Source: Tricharina praecox
Taxonomy: Eukaryota
Assembly: GCF_024521635.1 (NCBI RefSeq)
Contig: NW_026250413.1
Location: forward strand, 62,001-126,000
Direction of reading: 5' to 3'
Length of the DNA stretch: 64,000 nucleotides
The position numbers and the translations under genes are program-made. Of the stretch, positions 22,080-36,405 are shown piece by piece; the stretch's first letter is position 1, and every line of letters starts with the position of its first letter. The notes beneath the pieces are model-generated. The model did not search any database. It was not told the origin of the DNA and saw nothing but the letters and a program-made list of their open reading frames with translations.

Positions 22080-24065
22080 TTACATAAGGAACGCGAGCAC
22101 AGCGATAGCACCAGCGACGAGCGCGGCATGAGCGCGAATAGTGCTTGCGCCGCCGCCGACAGGGAGCGACTCGATGGGCGGCGAGGTGAACGTCGGCGAG
22201 GTGCTGTTGGAGGTGTAGGTGGGCGTGTCCTACTGGATGTTAGTGGCTGTCTGCTGGGAACTGGGGGGTGGGAGGACTTACGGTGCTGCTGGGTGCGTAG
22301 GTGCTGGACGAGGGCGTGGTTGCGTATGTCATGGTTGTGTTGTGCACGGGGACCGAGTAAACGGGCGTGGTCTCGTAGACCGGGGGAACGTAGACGGCGG
22401 TGGTTGGCTCGTAGACTGTGGTAGACGGCTCGTACACGGGAGTAGAGGGCTCGTACACGGGGGTGGTCTCAGGCTCGTAGACGGGAGTGGTCTCGGGCAC
22501 GTAAACGGGGGTGGTCTCGGGCTCGTAGACGGGAGTGGTGGTCTCGTAGACGGGAGTGGTCTCGGGCTCGTAGACGGGAGTAGTGGCCTCGTAGACGGGA
22601 GTGGTCTCGGGCTCGTAGACGGGAGTAGTGGCCTCGTAGACGGGAGTGGTCTCGGGCTCGTAGACGGGAGTAGTCTCGGGCACGTAAATGGGAGTGGTGG
22701 TCTCGTAGACGGGAGTAGTCTCAGGCTCGTACACGAGAGTGCTCTCATACACGGAAGTGGTCTCGCAGTCGGTGGTGGTGGTCTCATACGTGGAGGTGGT
22801 GGTCTCGCAGTCGGTGGTGGTGTCTGCAGGCGGGTAATACGACGGGTGGGTGGGTGCCGCGGTCGTGTACTCGGGGGTCTCTACGGCGTACTCTGGGACT
22901 TCCTACGAGGAATAGTCAGCTACCGTGCAAATGATATCGTCGCAATGCTCAGCACATACATCACGCTTGGACTTGTGGATGTCCTTGAGGTCCTTGAGGA
23001 CGTCCGTGGGGACCTTGAGGACCTCCTTGTAGCTCTTGTAGGTCTTCTTCTGCACAAACAAAGGGCGATCAGATGTGATCTCGAAAAATGATAAAGACCG
23101 GACTTACGTTGTCAAGAGTGTGCATGACACCGTTCTTCAGCATGATGTCCGTCTGCGCGATCTTGTCTCCGTTGACACGGAAGCTGCCGTCCTTGTCCTT
23201 GGTGACCACGATCTTGGCGCCCGAGATGGCGGTGTAGGTGCGAGCCGAGAGGTAAGGAGAGTATTCGACAGTGTCAGCGACGACGTAGTCGAGAACGTTG
23301 CAGCTCTTTGTGGGGTTCTTGGGCGCAAAGATGGTGATGGAGGTGGTGTTGTCGATCGTGTCGACGACGCCCTGCTCCTTGGCGGCATCCAGGAAGTTCT
23401 CGGCGCCTACGGCACATGCGGTGTCGGAGAAGGTGAGGGGAATGGTGAACCAGCTGCGGGTTCCTGCGTTAGCGATCCGTCACGATTATCGGGGGGAAAA
23501 AGCGTGGAGAAACAAACCTCTCAACCTCGTAGATGATACCGTATTTGAACTTGACGACCTTTCCGGTGGACTTGACAGTCTTGCCGAGACCGACGGCGAC
23601 CTCGACGTCCTGGCCGGAACCCTTGTTCACTGTGGCCTGTCCGATGCCGCAGCCGAGATTGACCACGCTCGGGTCCTCCAACCAGGACTGGCGAACACCG
23701 GTGGGGATGTCGGGCTCCTCCTCGTAGTAGCCGCGCTTCCTTGCCCGTCTCGGGGGGTTGCTCATCTGGTACGACCCGGCGAGGGATCGGGCCTGGCGAC
23801 GGCGTCCGCCGCTGGTATCGAGCGGCGGCGCCTGGTTCTTCTCGGGGACGCCGACAGCCAGATCGGTGAAGTAGGAGTCGTCGCCGCTGGTCATGCGGTC
23901 CTGGATCTCGTCGCTGCTGAGGATGACTTCGGCGAAAGCGGTGTAGCCGAGCTGCCGGAAGGCGTCGGCGAACTCCTGGAGGGTGACGGACTGGGCAGCG
24001 GCGGGCGCCGCGCTGAGCAGGGCGAAGAGCGCCTGCGCGGCGAAGAACGAGTGTTGGAACTTCAT
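22080..24065 (-). CDS. Secreted GPI-anchored fasciclin (FAS1) protein with tandem-repeat stalk, 5 exons, ~584 aa
   Basis: Exons 24065-23518, 23453-23108, 23049-22960, 22902-22282, 22229-22080 join in frame (1755 nt). Signal peptide, FAS1 motifs TIFAP and DIMLKNGVMHTLD, PVYEPETT/PVYEATT repeats, hydrophobic tail AHAALVAGAIAVLAFLM. Confidence 0.88.
22365..22800 (-). repeat. Coding minisatellite of 24-nt and 21-nt units (PVYEPETT / PVYE(A/T)TT)
   Basis: Repeated ctcgtagacgggagt(g/a)gt units on the + strand. Confidence 0.95.
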
Positions 24066-27000
24066 GATTTGCGGGCGAGCTGTGACAGGAACCGAAGAAG
24101 CGAGTGCGTACTTTTGGAGGGGGGAGTGATGGCGATGAATGCAATCGTCCGTGCCGAGAGGGGGGCGGAAACTCGTACGGACTGGTGGGGGGATATAAGT
24201 ACTTTACATACCTCACATACCTCACATACTCACGCACCCACACGGGGGGGGGGCACTGGCGGGATCCACTGCGGCGATGACCATTCGCGACAGCCGGGGC
24301 TGACAGAAGCGTACATATTCCCACATACGAATAAAAATAAAATACAAGGTGGGAGGATGATGATGATTTTCTGGAAGGGGAAGTACCTAACAGGACGAGG
24401 CAGTGCGAGCCAGAGCCCACGTATGCGGCGCAGAGACAGTCCGTTGACTGCAGTTCTTTTCTGCAGCTGCACGTTGACTTTCTGCAACTGCAACGAAAAA
24501 CATATCGAGCACCGCCCGGCATTGAGCAGGCGGACAGGCATGCGTGGGCGAGCTGGGGATGTGGTGGATGTACTATTTACTATGGATAGCTAGCATTGGG
24601 GGGCGTACCTAGTCGGTCAACTAGTTGGATGACCAGCACGGCCATGTAGATATTCTGCAGCCTGCTAGTAGTTACTCTACTTACAAACCCATCACCAACT
24701 CGCGGACGTCGGCCGCAGAGCCTTGCTTTTTATCCATGCACGATACATACCTTGACTTGACTCTCCACGTAGTTGGACACGGACTGCCGTATAGTAGTGC
24801 GGGGAGGTACCCATCCATAGTACGATACCAACCAGCAGAACTCGCATAGATACTTGTCTCTGCCCGTGGTTCGTGGAGTGAGTCGTCAGTCGTGAGCCGC
24901 GAGTCGTGACGAGTCAGATGGAAGTGGAACAGCTTATTTTGGGAGTGCCTGTGCCCACTTCCCACTGCCCACTGCCAGTCTGCCAGCTAGAGCAGTCAGA
25001 AAAGAAACAGAATCGTCGCGGCCCCCACCGCCAGCAGCCGTAAAGAGCCGAAGCGGGACAGCTGGGAATCGAGAGAAAGAAAGAGAGAAAGACAAAGAAT
25101 AATATGTAGATGCATTCCCAAGCAGTACATACCGGAGGCACCTCCTACCTGGTAAGTAATCATGTACTCCATGTACTTATCACAGCTGCTGTCAAACAAC
25201 CGCGACACGCACTCCAGTCTCCAGATCCCAATCCCCGCCGCGAATCCGCGATGCGTGTTTCTCAAAATAGCCTCCAGTACCTACATCACCCAGTTGCTGT
25301 CGATTGGTCGCACTGGCGAGCCATTTGTTGCGTTTATTCCATGCACGCTATACCCATATTCGATAGTGCGCGACGACACCGCCACTTCCTACTGGTAGCC
25401 TGCCATGCATTTGTGGGAACGGGATCAATCAGCAGAATCATCGTTGCAGCAACAGCAGCAGCAGCAGCAGCAGCAGTAGACATCGTGTTCTATTCTCGGA
25501 AACAACCACTACCTAGAGTACTTGTAAGTTATGCATAGAAGTTTACCAGTTGGAATCTGGACGGATGCGACCGGTAGATGCAGTATTCGAGTCGTTGACT
25601 CTTTGGAGCTTGGAGGAGGTGTACTCTAATGTGCAGTCAACTGGAGAGCAACTCATCCGCAGAGATCCAGCTGATCGAGGCGAACAATAATACCCAAGTA
25701 CGGTAATCAAGTAGAGTAAGAAGTAAGAAGTACTTAACTCGGTATCGCACTGCCGCCTAGGACCGTGGGACGCCCCGCCGCCCCGCCGCCCCGGCCCGCT
25801 AGGCGAACTGCAGGAGCTGGACGGCCCACCACCACCAGCAGCGACACCACCCACCACCCACCACCACCACCACCACCACCATCGTGAAAGTCACCGATCC
25901 AACACGATCAACAATCAACGATGGAGTGGTAACATGTATCCAACCATCCACTCATCCATCCAGCCTGGCATCCAGCCACCCAACGAGCACCCAAGTTCTA
26001 ACTATACGTACTGATGTGTGTGTGCTCGAGCCAGCTGGCAGCTGCCACGGCTCCATCGCCTCCGTCGTCTCCGTCGGCTCGGTGCCGAGTCCCGGGCGTC
26101 GGGTGATGTCTATCACTAGTACATACTAGTACCGAAGCCGAAGGAGGGACAGAGGCGGAGAGAGAGACCGATGACTCCAGTGTCCATCCGACCCGAGCCG
26201 TACCGTACCGCGTGCCCCCGGTAGTATATAGTAAGTAGCTATCATAATTAGTACCGCAGCCTCAGCCTCTTTGGTCAACCGACGCGACAAACAGACAAAT
26301 AGACAAATAGACAAGTCACAAACACCGTAATTCGTGAATCGTGAATCGTGAAGTGTGATGCCTAAATTGTAAACTCTGTACCTAAACATAGAGCTCTGCG
26401 GATCTTCGATCGGGTGGGTGGATTTGGAAACCACCGCGTGAGGGCTGGCGGGCCAATGTAGAGTGACTAGAGTAAAGCACATACTCAATACCAGGTATGG
26501 ACAGAGTAGGTAGACCGGCGATGAGAGTGTACATGGCTATACTCCCCGCGCTGTCTCGACTCTCGAGGCTTCCCAGCTTCCCGTCATGACGCAGAAGTGC
26601 AAGAAGTTGCAGTCCCCCAATCCATCGTCGAAACAAAACACTGAAAGCACGTTGGATGTGATAGATGTGATCGATTAGCTATCGCACGGTATCGTATCGA
26701 TAAGGTACCCACCCGTTCCTGCACCCGCGGGCGAGGCTACCAATCTACCAGGCTGCCAATTTACCAGGCTGCCAAACGATCACACCGGGACACCGCGTGC
26801 GTGCGTATGTGCGTGCGCGATGACAGCCGGTACCAACATAGGTACTTATATCTTGCTTACTCCGAGTGGTTATACCCAGTACCTCCGGTAGATACGGACA
26901 ATCCCAGAATCCCAGAATCCCAGAATCCCAGAATATCAGATTCCCAGAAGCCGGATGACCTAAGCGGACGGACAGGGCGGACAGCCTGCACACCTGCATA

Positions 27001-28638
27001 CAATGCGCAGGGCTGTGCCACACTTCCACGGTCGCGCAAAGTTCAAACACATGGACGCTGGCGAGCTAAGTTAGAACTTACTTCGTTCCGTTATTAGTTA
27101 ACAAACGTAGGCAGTCTGGCCAGTGGCCACCGCATTCCCAGCCGCGCCTCCTCCACCCACCCACCCACCCCCCGACTGTCGCCGTGTCGCCGTGTTTCAA
27201 CGTCAGGTTACCCCAAGTTCCAACTGGGCCCTCCACGACCGACCTACCGACCGGGGAAGGGAAAGCAAAGAGAAGGGAAAGGAACGCCAAGGAAAGGAAA
27301 GAAAGCCCCGCACCTCCCCTCCCCAAGGCGTGCGAATCGGAACAGGATGGTCCTGGACTCCTAGATATCCCGCATTGACGAACTCTTCTGCGTTCCGGCG
27401 GCCAATTGGCGATGAGATCGAGAGGCAGACAGTCGTTCTTTGCTCCGCAGGCCAGACCAGTTGAAGACGAGGTCCAGAGTGCTTCACTCCGCAGACCAGT
27501 GGAAGACGAGGTTTGGAGACAGTCGTCACGTAGGGTACCTAATCACTCATGTAGTTAGTTAGTTGGGTCTCGGTGTCGGTATGTAGAGTACGGTACCTAC
27601 CCCCGGCCATGTCCTCACCTCACCTCACCGCTGCCAGTCCTGTGCCCCACCCACCCGACGTCTGACGAGCTCTGGTTCTGAACCGTACAGCGATCACCAC
27701 ATGTGTGTCTCTATGTGTCTGTCTGTGCGTGTGTGTCGTGTCGTGGCTGAAACAACCTCAGGCGATCCCGAGCGCGAGCTCAAGCTCGACGAAGCTCCAG
27801 CTCTCGGATTCACAGGCTGCACTGGAGTGGCCTTCGAGCATTCCTCCCATCTTCGCCGCCTCGATAAGCGCACCCGACCTCGCGCATAACTGCTCGAAAC
27901 ACAACTGCTCGAGAGCAGCCACTCGTCGAGACTCGAGCCACTCTCGGCCGGACAAACAACCATCTTGTGACCAGTAACAAACGCAGGACATCCGGACGCA
28001 TCCCATCCCAACAACGCGGAGCAAGTGCTGCAACACGCCTCCTCCTTGTCCAGGCTCCAGCGCATGCAGAACACCAGGTGCAATCCAGTCGACGAGTCAA
28101 GTCCGCGGCTCCCTCAGTACTCGGATTTGCTGAGAAGGAAAAAAACTCGTCCCGACTACGCGATCATCCAATAATAACCTCGAGTCGGCACAGAAATGTA
28201 AGACACCTACCAGGTCAGCTTCCACGCAACTGGCCAACCCCCCAATCAGCTCGGTGCTTTCTGACGAAAATCTGCAGGCCTATCTTTCGTGTCTCGATAC
28301 CACCGTGAGACGTGTACATGCCAACTGAGCCGCAACTCCTGTGTCTGCGCGCGAAAAAAGGTGTGCCCCCCAAGGCATTTGATTGTACATTCTGTTGATT
28401 GCGGGGTTGGATCGAAATGCATTTATAACGTTGCACCGCAACACCACCACCCACTGGCACCCGCAATGCCCACTGGCACCCGCATCCCATCCCAAATACA
28501 ACAACCCGCCGGTTCAGCCTCTCTCCGCTGCGGATGGTAGATATCCCCTCTTGAGCCAACACGGAAAATAATAGCTCCTTCCTGCAAACAAACAAAAAAG
28601 ACTCGAGAAAGTCCCCATCATATTGCCGGCCAACCGCG

Positions 28639-30933
28639 ATGGATTCCATCGTCACCAACATCGATACCGAAGCCAAATATATTCTCGGCGTCGTGAAATG
28701 GTTCTACATGCCCACGACAGACGGGCGGCTCCTCCGCGCCGTTGCCGTGAAGTCGTCGGACGCCAGTATGTGGATCGCCGCATACACGTTGCTCCTGATC
28801 TTGATATTTGTCGGGATCGCTCGTCTGGTTAAAGATCTCGTGTGAGTAGTACCATGCATCGACGACCCCTTCGACGGCCGCGACCACTCGCGGAACGGTG
28901 CGCTAACGTAGCCTATGTACAGCGTCACCTTCTTCCCGCTCCGTGGAAACGGCAATCGCTATGCCATGCTAGTCGGGTACTACAACACGAACGATCCCGT
29001 CACCATCATCCTGCTAGCGGTGGCGTACTGCTACAAGACGTGCGTCTTCGTCGTCGGCGACGGCCGCGGCCGCATCGACTGGAACACCTTCTGGCTGGGG
29101 ATCGGACTGATCTCGCTCTCGCTCGCACTGCTCGGGGCCAACGCCATAGGCGGTGTCCTCGTTCCGGGCAACCTCCGCCTCGGCCACGTCGCCCGAGTCA
29201 ACCCCGAGAAGATATTCTCACCCCGGGTCGACGCCAACGCGACCACTCTCTACGAATACTGGCAGCGCTTCCAGAGCCCCACCGCGTTCCGCGCCGTGTC
29301 GGACTTGGTGCAGATGAAGGTCACCCTCAAGAATAGATATGTTATGAACTTCACCCCGATCGACCCGAATGGACCCGAGCCAGGCCTCAGACTGGATTAC
29401 TCCTACGTCGTCACAGGCGTCGACTTTGGCTTCCAGAGGGCCCCCGGGTTGAAGTACACCGCCTCTGGCATCTGCAACACCCGGTACGATTGGTACGACG
29501 CCAGCTCGACTGAGGCCGAAGAAGTATACTTCCCTGTGGATTCGGACGGCGTACCTCTGAATCCGGAGGGTTTCTTCGTTAAGAATCAGACGACGGTCCC
29601 GACCGTTGAATTCTACGCCCCTCCGACCAACTCGAGCATACGCTCCTTCCTGATGATTCCGCACACGGCGAACCGCGAAAGCGAAACACGGAATCTCATC
29701 GATCCATGGTACCTAGCCCGGGACGTAGCGTTTCCGGACCAAGGGCGTATCCGATACAGAGTGGCACCACGCAGACCGGTCGTCTACTGCGAACAGGTGG
29801 ACACGTACGAGTTCGAAGGCAAGAAGGTGGACAACGTTCTCGACCTGAACAAACTGTTTGAGGGGCCGCGATCGAAGCTGTCATCGTTCTGGTGGAAGCA
29901 CATCCTGCCAGCGGGCGTGGGCGTCCCGGTGATCCAGCAGATCGGCAACAACCTGGGCGCGAACTCGCTCGCGTCGTCGATGCAATTCCTCGACTTCGAC
30001 TCGTCCATCGACCTGTCCAAGGCCACTCTCCAGAGCGACCTGGAGCGCCTGGTGCTCGGCGCGCTCGTGTACACGCGCGAGCTGGTGCGGTCGACGACAA
30101 TGACCACCGAGGAGCAGCGCGGGAACTACGTCAACGAGGCGCTGGTCAACAGCACCGACGGGCACGTGCCCGACGAGTACGCGGACTTTGTGATCTCTAG
30201 CCCGGAGGTCACCACTATGTCCGTATGGGTGCTCATCGTCACCCCGGCCATCTGCCTGTTCATCTGGACGTTCATCGCGCTCAAGGCGACCTTCCTATTT
30301 ACCGAGCACTGGGGTAGCATCCGCAATGACAGCTGGCGGGGACGGTACGTGCAACGCACGATCCTGTTTTCAGCCGTCCAGCTCTACCGCCTCCTCGACG
30401 AAGAAGTCTCCGGCGAGCGCCGCTGGAAGGGCCGGCTATCATTCTACCCCTACGTCTCCGACGTCTCGCAGAAGTACATGCGGCGCTTCTCGGAATTCGA
30501 GGTGGTCCCCACCTCCGCGCGCAAATCCTCGCCCTCCCCCTCGCCCTCCCCCTCCCCCCCACCACAGACCTACGACGCCACGTCCAAATCCGGCACCCAC
30601 GCGGAGATCCGCCCGGTTCCCGCATACGACCTCTCGCCCGGCGCCGAAGACGGCCGTGGCGGCGCCGGGGACTCCATGCGCCCTCTCGTCACGCCGTTCG
30701 TGCGCCCCGCGTTCGTGCCGCTGCATGAGCGGCGCAGCTCGGCGCCGATCTACGCGGCGGGGGCGGGGGGTAAGAGCGAGGGAGGGAAAGCGGCGTTCTC
30801 AGCGGATAGGAGAAGGCCGATCTCGGAGTATGCACCCTCCGCCGATAAGTATGAGCTTGTCATGACTAGGCATTGGAGGCCGAGTCTGAATGAGAGCGAT
30901 ATGATTCATTGGAGGCAGGTGCAGAATGAATAG
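28639..30933 (+). CDS. Uncharacterised multi-pass membrane protein, 2 exons, 737 aa
   Basis: Exon 1 28639-28841, intron 28842-28922 (GTGAGT…GCTAAC…CAG), exon 2 28923-30933. N-terminal hydrophobic helices, a long loop with N-x-S/T sequons (NAT, NFT, NQT, NSS, NST), a further helix (WVLIVTPAICLFIWTFIAL) and a Ser/Pro-rich tail. A paralog in this window supports coding status. Confidence 0.9.
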
Positions 30934-32510
30934 GCTGTCTGATTGGTTTTTCGGTGTGCGGTGACGGGTCTGCCTTTTTTCAGATCATTTTTTTTAATGC
31001 GATTTTACGATACTACGACTTTCTTTTGGGATGTTTTGGGATGGGCTTTGGGTCGGTGTAGTTAGGAGTTTGGAGAGTTTTTTTGTTTGTTTCTTTGTAT
31101 GATTTGATTTTCTTTGGGTGGACCTCTGGACTGTGATCACGGCGTCTTCGATGTGCTTTTTTTCTTCGTTTTTTTTCTCCGTTGATGTAGGAATGCGTTA
31201 CCCAACAATCGTATCTGCTTCTTACATGGCTTACTCAGTTGCAGTTTCCAAGCTGTCTGTTTTTTTTTGGACGGAAGGAAGAAGGGAACTTGGAAAGATG
31301 TAGTTACGGAAGGATGTACTCTATTCTGGTAGCTTACGTGCGACGATACCTACCTTCTACCTACTTCTACCTACCTTCTACCTTCTACCTTCTATCTATA
31401 AAGTATCTACCGTATCTGACTATCTACCGTATCTGGGAAGTTCTGAGAAGTTCACCTTGAGAGTTGATGATGGCCTCCGTATCCGTGGCGGCGTGGCGGA
31501 GTCGCGGAGTTCTAGTTGCAGTTGTTTACTATTAGAGTAGAGAACCTAGAGTAGGTACTCGCGGTGTGTATGTATAGACGGTAGGAGGCGTAAAGTACTT
31601 CCGGATAGCGTGTTTCTGTCTGTTTCCGTTTCGTTTCGACGCCCGTGCACTCCCTCCCCCTTACATACTCTAGTGTCGGGCCAGTCCGGACTCCGTATTC
31701 ACGAATAACCCCCTCACCTCCACCCCGTCACCACATCACGACGCCAGACCGCAACCAGCGCTGCCCCTCCCGCCCAACAGCACCACCCGCAGAGTTCCAA
31801 GACTTTCAAGACTGCGAAGATTTCCAAGGCTTCGAAGAGTTTCAAGACTTCCAGTTCCACCGCCACACCGCCGCACCGCCGCACCGCGGAAATGGGATGA
31901 GAGTCGGTCGGTCGGTCGGTCAATGCAGTCGGTCAGTTGGCTAGCGCAGCGATGAGCCTCCAAGACTCTCCACGCGGAGAGTCCTAGGAGAGATCGCCAG
32001 GGAAGAGAGAGGGAGCGCCAGAGGGATCGCCAGGGAGGGATCGCCGTAAATTGGTTAGCGTTGGATTGTCCAGGATTGTAAGGATGTGATGGGGTAAGGA
32101 TGAATATGATGGGGTAAGAACGCTGTCTACAGACATCTACCGTAGAGTGCATACATACCGTACATATGTAGGATGGCGGTGGTGGTGGTGGTGGTGGACC
32201 ATGGTGGGCCTGGAAGAAGGAAAGAAAGAAAGAGGAAGAGGGCCTGGAAGAAGGAAAGAAGGGAAATGGACGGTGCTGGCCACTGGTGGATTAACATCTC
32301 CTTGGTGTCGCGGGAATCGTGGAGATACCCTGCCCACCTGTGTACTGTACATGCTGGAATGCCTACACCAGCTACCTAGCAGCTCTACCAACCCAGTACC
32401 CAGCGGCGAGGCGATAGGTTAATTCGATACTAGACAGGCAGCACCCAGGTCGGCACGGCGTACGGCGCACTCTGCAGCCAGCAATGCCCACTGCCAACGG
32501 ACGGTGGACG

Positions 32511-32592
32511 CGCAACCCGCAACCCGCAACCCGCAGCCCGCAACCCGCAGCCCGCAACCCGCAGCCCGCAACCCGCAACTCGCAACTCGCAA
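32511..32592. repeat. 7-bp tandem repeat (cgca(a/g)cc)n
   Basis: Direct reading. Confidence 0.9.
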
Positions 32593-35329
32593 GTAATAGC
32601 AAGTACTGACGTAGGTACTGCTCTCCAGCATAACCCGCCAAAGCGAGACATCCCATCCCATCCAGCCCATCCAGCCGTCGTCGTCGCCGCGTCAAGGACT
32701 CAAAGAGCGGGGTCGGGTCCACTCGGCGTTGGCGTGCTCACCCCCCCCCCCCCCCCCCCCCCGACAAGCGTGCATGATGTGCTTCCCTTTCCACAATAAT
32801 GCGCAGACGACGACGTGCACTCGGCGAGGTGTGCTCTGTGCTTTGTGGGGTCCGTTTGCAGCAGCAGCAGTAGCGATGCTATTTCTATAGCAGTCTCATC
32901 ATTATTCATCTCGTATCTAGAAGCTGGGCTGTGGGCAGCGGGCGAGAGAGAGATCGGTTGCTCCCCACGGCCAAGGTTGGGGCCCTGGTGCGCGGTAGAA
33001 GCAAAAGCAGAGGCGGAAGCGGAAGCGGAAGCAAAAACAATGGCGATAAGCAGGCTTACCTACCTAGGCGTTTACTCCACGCCGAGTGGAAGCGGCCCCG
33101 GCAGCCCGTGAGGACCGGCAGCCAATGCGACGGCGAAATGCGAACTTGCTTTTTCCTCCTCCGCGCTTTCGTCCACAGCAAAAGCAAATCGCTAAAAGCA
33201 CAGTGACGGGTCGGGAAGGTATGTATGTACGGTATGTTCGGATTCGACGATGGTGCGGCCGGACGGGGAGGGACAGCCTCTCTCTCTCTCTCTGTTTTTT
33301 TTGTTAGCCATCCACAGATTCTCAAGTACATGCGAGGGACTTCGATACGTATCGACTCGACCGACGCGATCGACATGGTTGGCCGCTCCCCAGCCCCTCC
33401 ACTGCAGTTGGCCCCTAATCCCCAGTCCCAACAGCCAACCCCAGCCGTAGGCTTGATGCGAGCTCCAGTCTGCGAGGCTGTTACCTCCCAGTCTCCCCCG
33501 CCTAAGGCGGATTCTTTCGGTTCTCGGACGCGGTTCATGGGGCGTCGCCCGCTCAATCCAAGCCTTGGAGCCGCGAATCACCGGCTAAAAATAAAGTGGT
33601 GCCCCATCATCGATATCGATACCTCGCTTGCAGCCACCGGTAAACATCTCTCATACCAGGTAGAGGGTAGGTATCCCACCACGGCGTGAGAATTCTCGCA
33701 AAGAGCCGTGTGCTAGGCAGCAGTTCTACTTACCCAACTGCTGGTACAAATGAACGTACGTACGTGCTTTCTTTTTGTGTTTGATGCAGCGCAGTACTGG
33801 GTAGTATACACAGTGCGTGACAGCTGTCCATCGAAGGACTGAATCTGTGATTGCGCGTGCATCCAAGCCCCGCCCTGAATCCAGGAATCCTACCGGCGAC
33901 TGGCGTCGATCCGCCGATTGGCGGGGTGTCTCGGGGATGTACCGTGGCGGTATAGGTTATCGCGGGGCCGGTCGCTGAATATGTACCTATATACTCACAA
34001 GTACCTAGGTAAGTAATTGCACCGAGCTGAGCTGAGCTGAACTGAACTGAGTCGGCCGTGTCAGGTATCATAGATTCATTGGTCGGCAGTGCAGGAGGAA
34101 CATACATACCGTACATAATAGCTACCGCGCACCGGACGAATGCGCATTGCGAAGCGGGGTGGGGGAGTTGAGTGAGGGCGTGTGAGTAAATAAGCAAACA
34201 AGCAGGATGTATGCACAGTAATAGTTACCATTGCACAACGCGAGCGTGCTGCGTGGGACTGGTGCCGACTGCGACTGCGACTGCGGATGCGACTCGCGAG
34301 AACGCGCACTCCAGAACTATCTATATCCATCTTGGAAAGACTTGAATAGTTCCAAGTGCGCACTTGAAAGTGAATACCCAGCCCAGTGCCCACGAGTGAC
34401 GAGTACTAAGGATGTGGAAAGCAGTATATATGGTAGCCTATAGGAAGTATCGGTATACTGGACGACTAGGATGCTAGGAGGGGCCGCACAGGCTGATGCC
34501 GTCGGTGGGGTACCGGTATGTACACATGTAGCTACCCACCTAGAGGTATGTACCCAGGTATGCCTAGTGGTCGTGTATCGTGTATTACCGGCGAGTGCAT
34601 GTGGCAGTGTCAGCCGCCGATCCCGGATTCCCAGAAAGGCGGCCAATGTATGTGTGGACTGATCTTCTCTTGACGAACATCATTTCGCGGAGAAACAAAT
34701 TTCCGTCCTTCCAGAGGCATGTCCTGGCGAACAAGGCACCAGTACATCAGTGAGGATGTGATCGCACTCGAGGTTGGTATGTACTCTACAGCTTAACTCC
34801 ACATTTGTGGTCGGAAACGGGTATGCGGTACTTGGGTATGTACATACCTCATACTACATAGCAGCACCGTGGTTCGTAACGATCATGAAGCTCGTCCAGC
34901 TGTTAAGCGGGTCATACCGACCGAGTGCGGCCAAAAGTCCACGCTGCAATCTCCGGAGTTGTCTGTGCGCTGCAGCGGGTTTATTCCGTATGCGAGTGCG
35001 GGGGAGCGGTCCCTTCCACCACGCATCACTCGGTTTTCCATGCGGCGGTAAATTTTCCGGCACTCAAAAGACTCAACCATATGATCCGTACTGGGGTGTC
35101 GTGAGTGTAGCGAGTGCCGGTAATCCGTACGATTTGTTCGTACTCGAATCGAAGAACATGCGTTCCGGCTCCGAACTTTCGATGGCACGGCTGGAATCGA
35201 CAACACCGAGTGCTGAAAGTTGAACGTTGAAAGTTGACGTTAATAGCCATGCGAGGCTGGTACTAGACCTTCTCCTACCATCTGCGATTGAATCTCGTCC
35301 GCCTCAGACTAGCCTTGAGCATTAACACA

Positions 35330-36405
35330 TCTATCTATAAAACCCCACGCCCAACCACTTCTCTTCTTCTCCCCATCTTCTCTTCTTCTCTTCATCACAC
35401 ACATCGCAAGTTCACACAACTCTCTGCGCAAATTCCCAACGAAACATTCAAATCTCGAACGAATCTACCATCTACTATCACAAGTAAGCACCTAGATCCG
35501 TCTTATCACACAAGCTCACTCGCAACAATAAATGCTAACACAATATCTACCAGAGATGTCTGGGAACCAGCACAACCTGTGCCGGCGGGCCCCCGGCCTC
35601 GCTACCGCCGCGAACGCTGACCGCCCGGCCACCAAGGTAAGCACCAGCCCCCCGCACTCATATCCCGCGTACCGCATCAACCACAGCGCAAGGCCGTGGC
35701 CGGTGGAGACCGGGCTTGGGGGGGAGGGGCAGGAGGTGGAGAAGGGACGCCAGACGGAGGTGCAGGAGGGGGGAGACGCATCACCAGTTGGTGCCAGACG
35801 GTTCAGTCCCCGTCCGACGGTGGAGGACGGCCGTCCAAGTCACGTGATTATGGAGTGGAAGGAGAAGCCGGAATGGATTGCAACAGCAGAAGAAACTGTT
35901 GGTTCTGTCTGGAAGGAATTCTACAGAGGATACAGCACTGCACATCCCAGCCCTGCCATTGCGCCGCCTGAGACTACTGAAGGCGCATCCAACAGATCAA
36001 GCTCACTTGATAAGTGGAACCGCAAGCGCCCGCGGCGGCTCTGTGTCGTCGTCGACATGATGGAAAAGTTCCAGCTGGATCCCCCGCTACCAGGCGAGCA
36101 GATCGCCGGTGTTGTGGGTTACAGGCGTGCAAAGTTGTCAGAACCTCAGTGGAGAGATCTCGCTAGGATGGCACTTGACTAGGTACCTGACAATTCCGGC
36201 CATGAGCGCAGAGCCCGGACGTGTGTTCAGGGCTGCAAAAATCACCTTGTTGGACCGGAGGTGCCGTATGGGCGACGCCGCCATCGAAGCGCTGGAGTGT
36301 CTCAAGAGCTGGCGGCGAGATGGATTGATTGCGGGTAGTAGGGATGGTATCAAGGGAATTGAGGAACTGCTCAAGGCGCTTTGTGGGGAGGCTTGGAGTA
36401 GATAG
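35330..36405 (+). mobile_element. Internally deleted, frameshifted hAT transposase relic
   Basis: C-terminal hAT dimerisation signature WRDLARMALD/YLTIPAMSAEPGRVFRAAKITLLDRRCRMGDAAIEALECLKSW, interrupted by a 4-nt TAGG insertion at 36180-36183. Upstream EWKEKPEWIATAEETVGSVWKEFY. TATA-like site ~35335, 5' intron 35484-35553, ATG 35556. The catalytic core is absent. Confidence 0.85.

Noticed and set aside
22365..22800. Tyr-containing peptide repeats as a possible fungal RiPP (dikaritin/KEP) precursor
   Set aside because: No KR/RR sites between the repeats, they are embedded in a GPI-anchored FAS1 protein, and no DUF3328/UstYa or tyrosinase gene is in the window.
24066..28638. Many short ORFs in the long intergenic regions (also 31-35 kb, 51.3-52.9 kb, 54.5-58 kb)
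   Set aside because: They arise from microsatellites and low-complexity DNA, with no coding signal.
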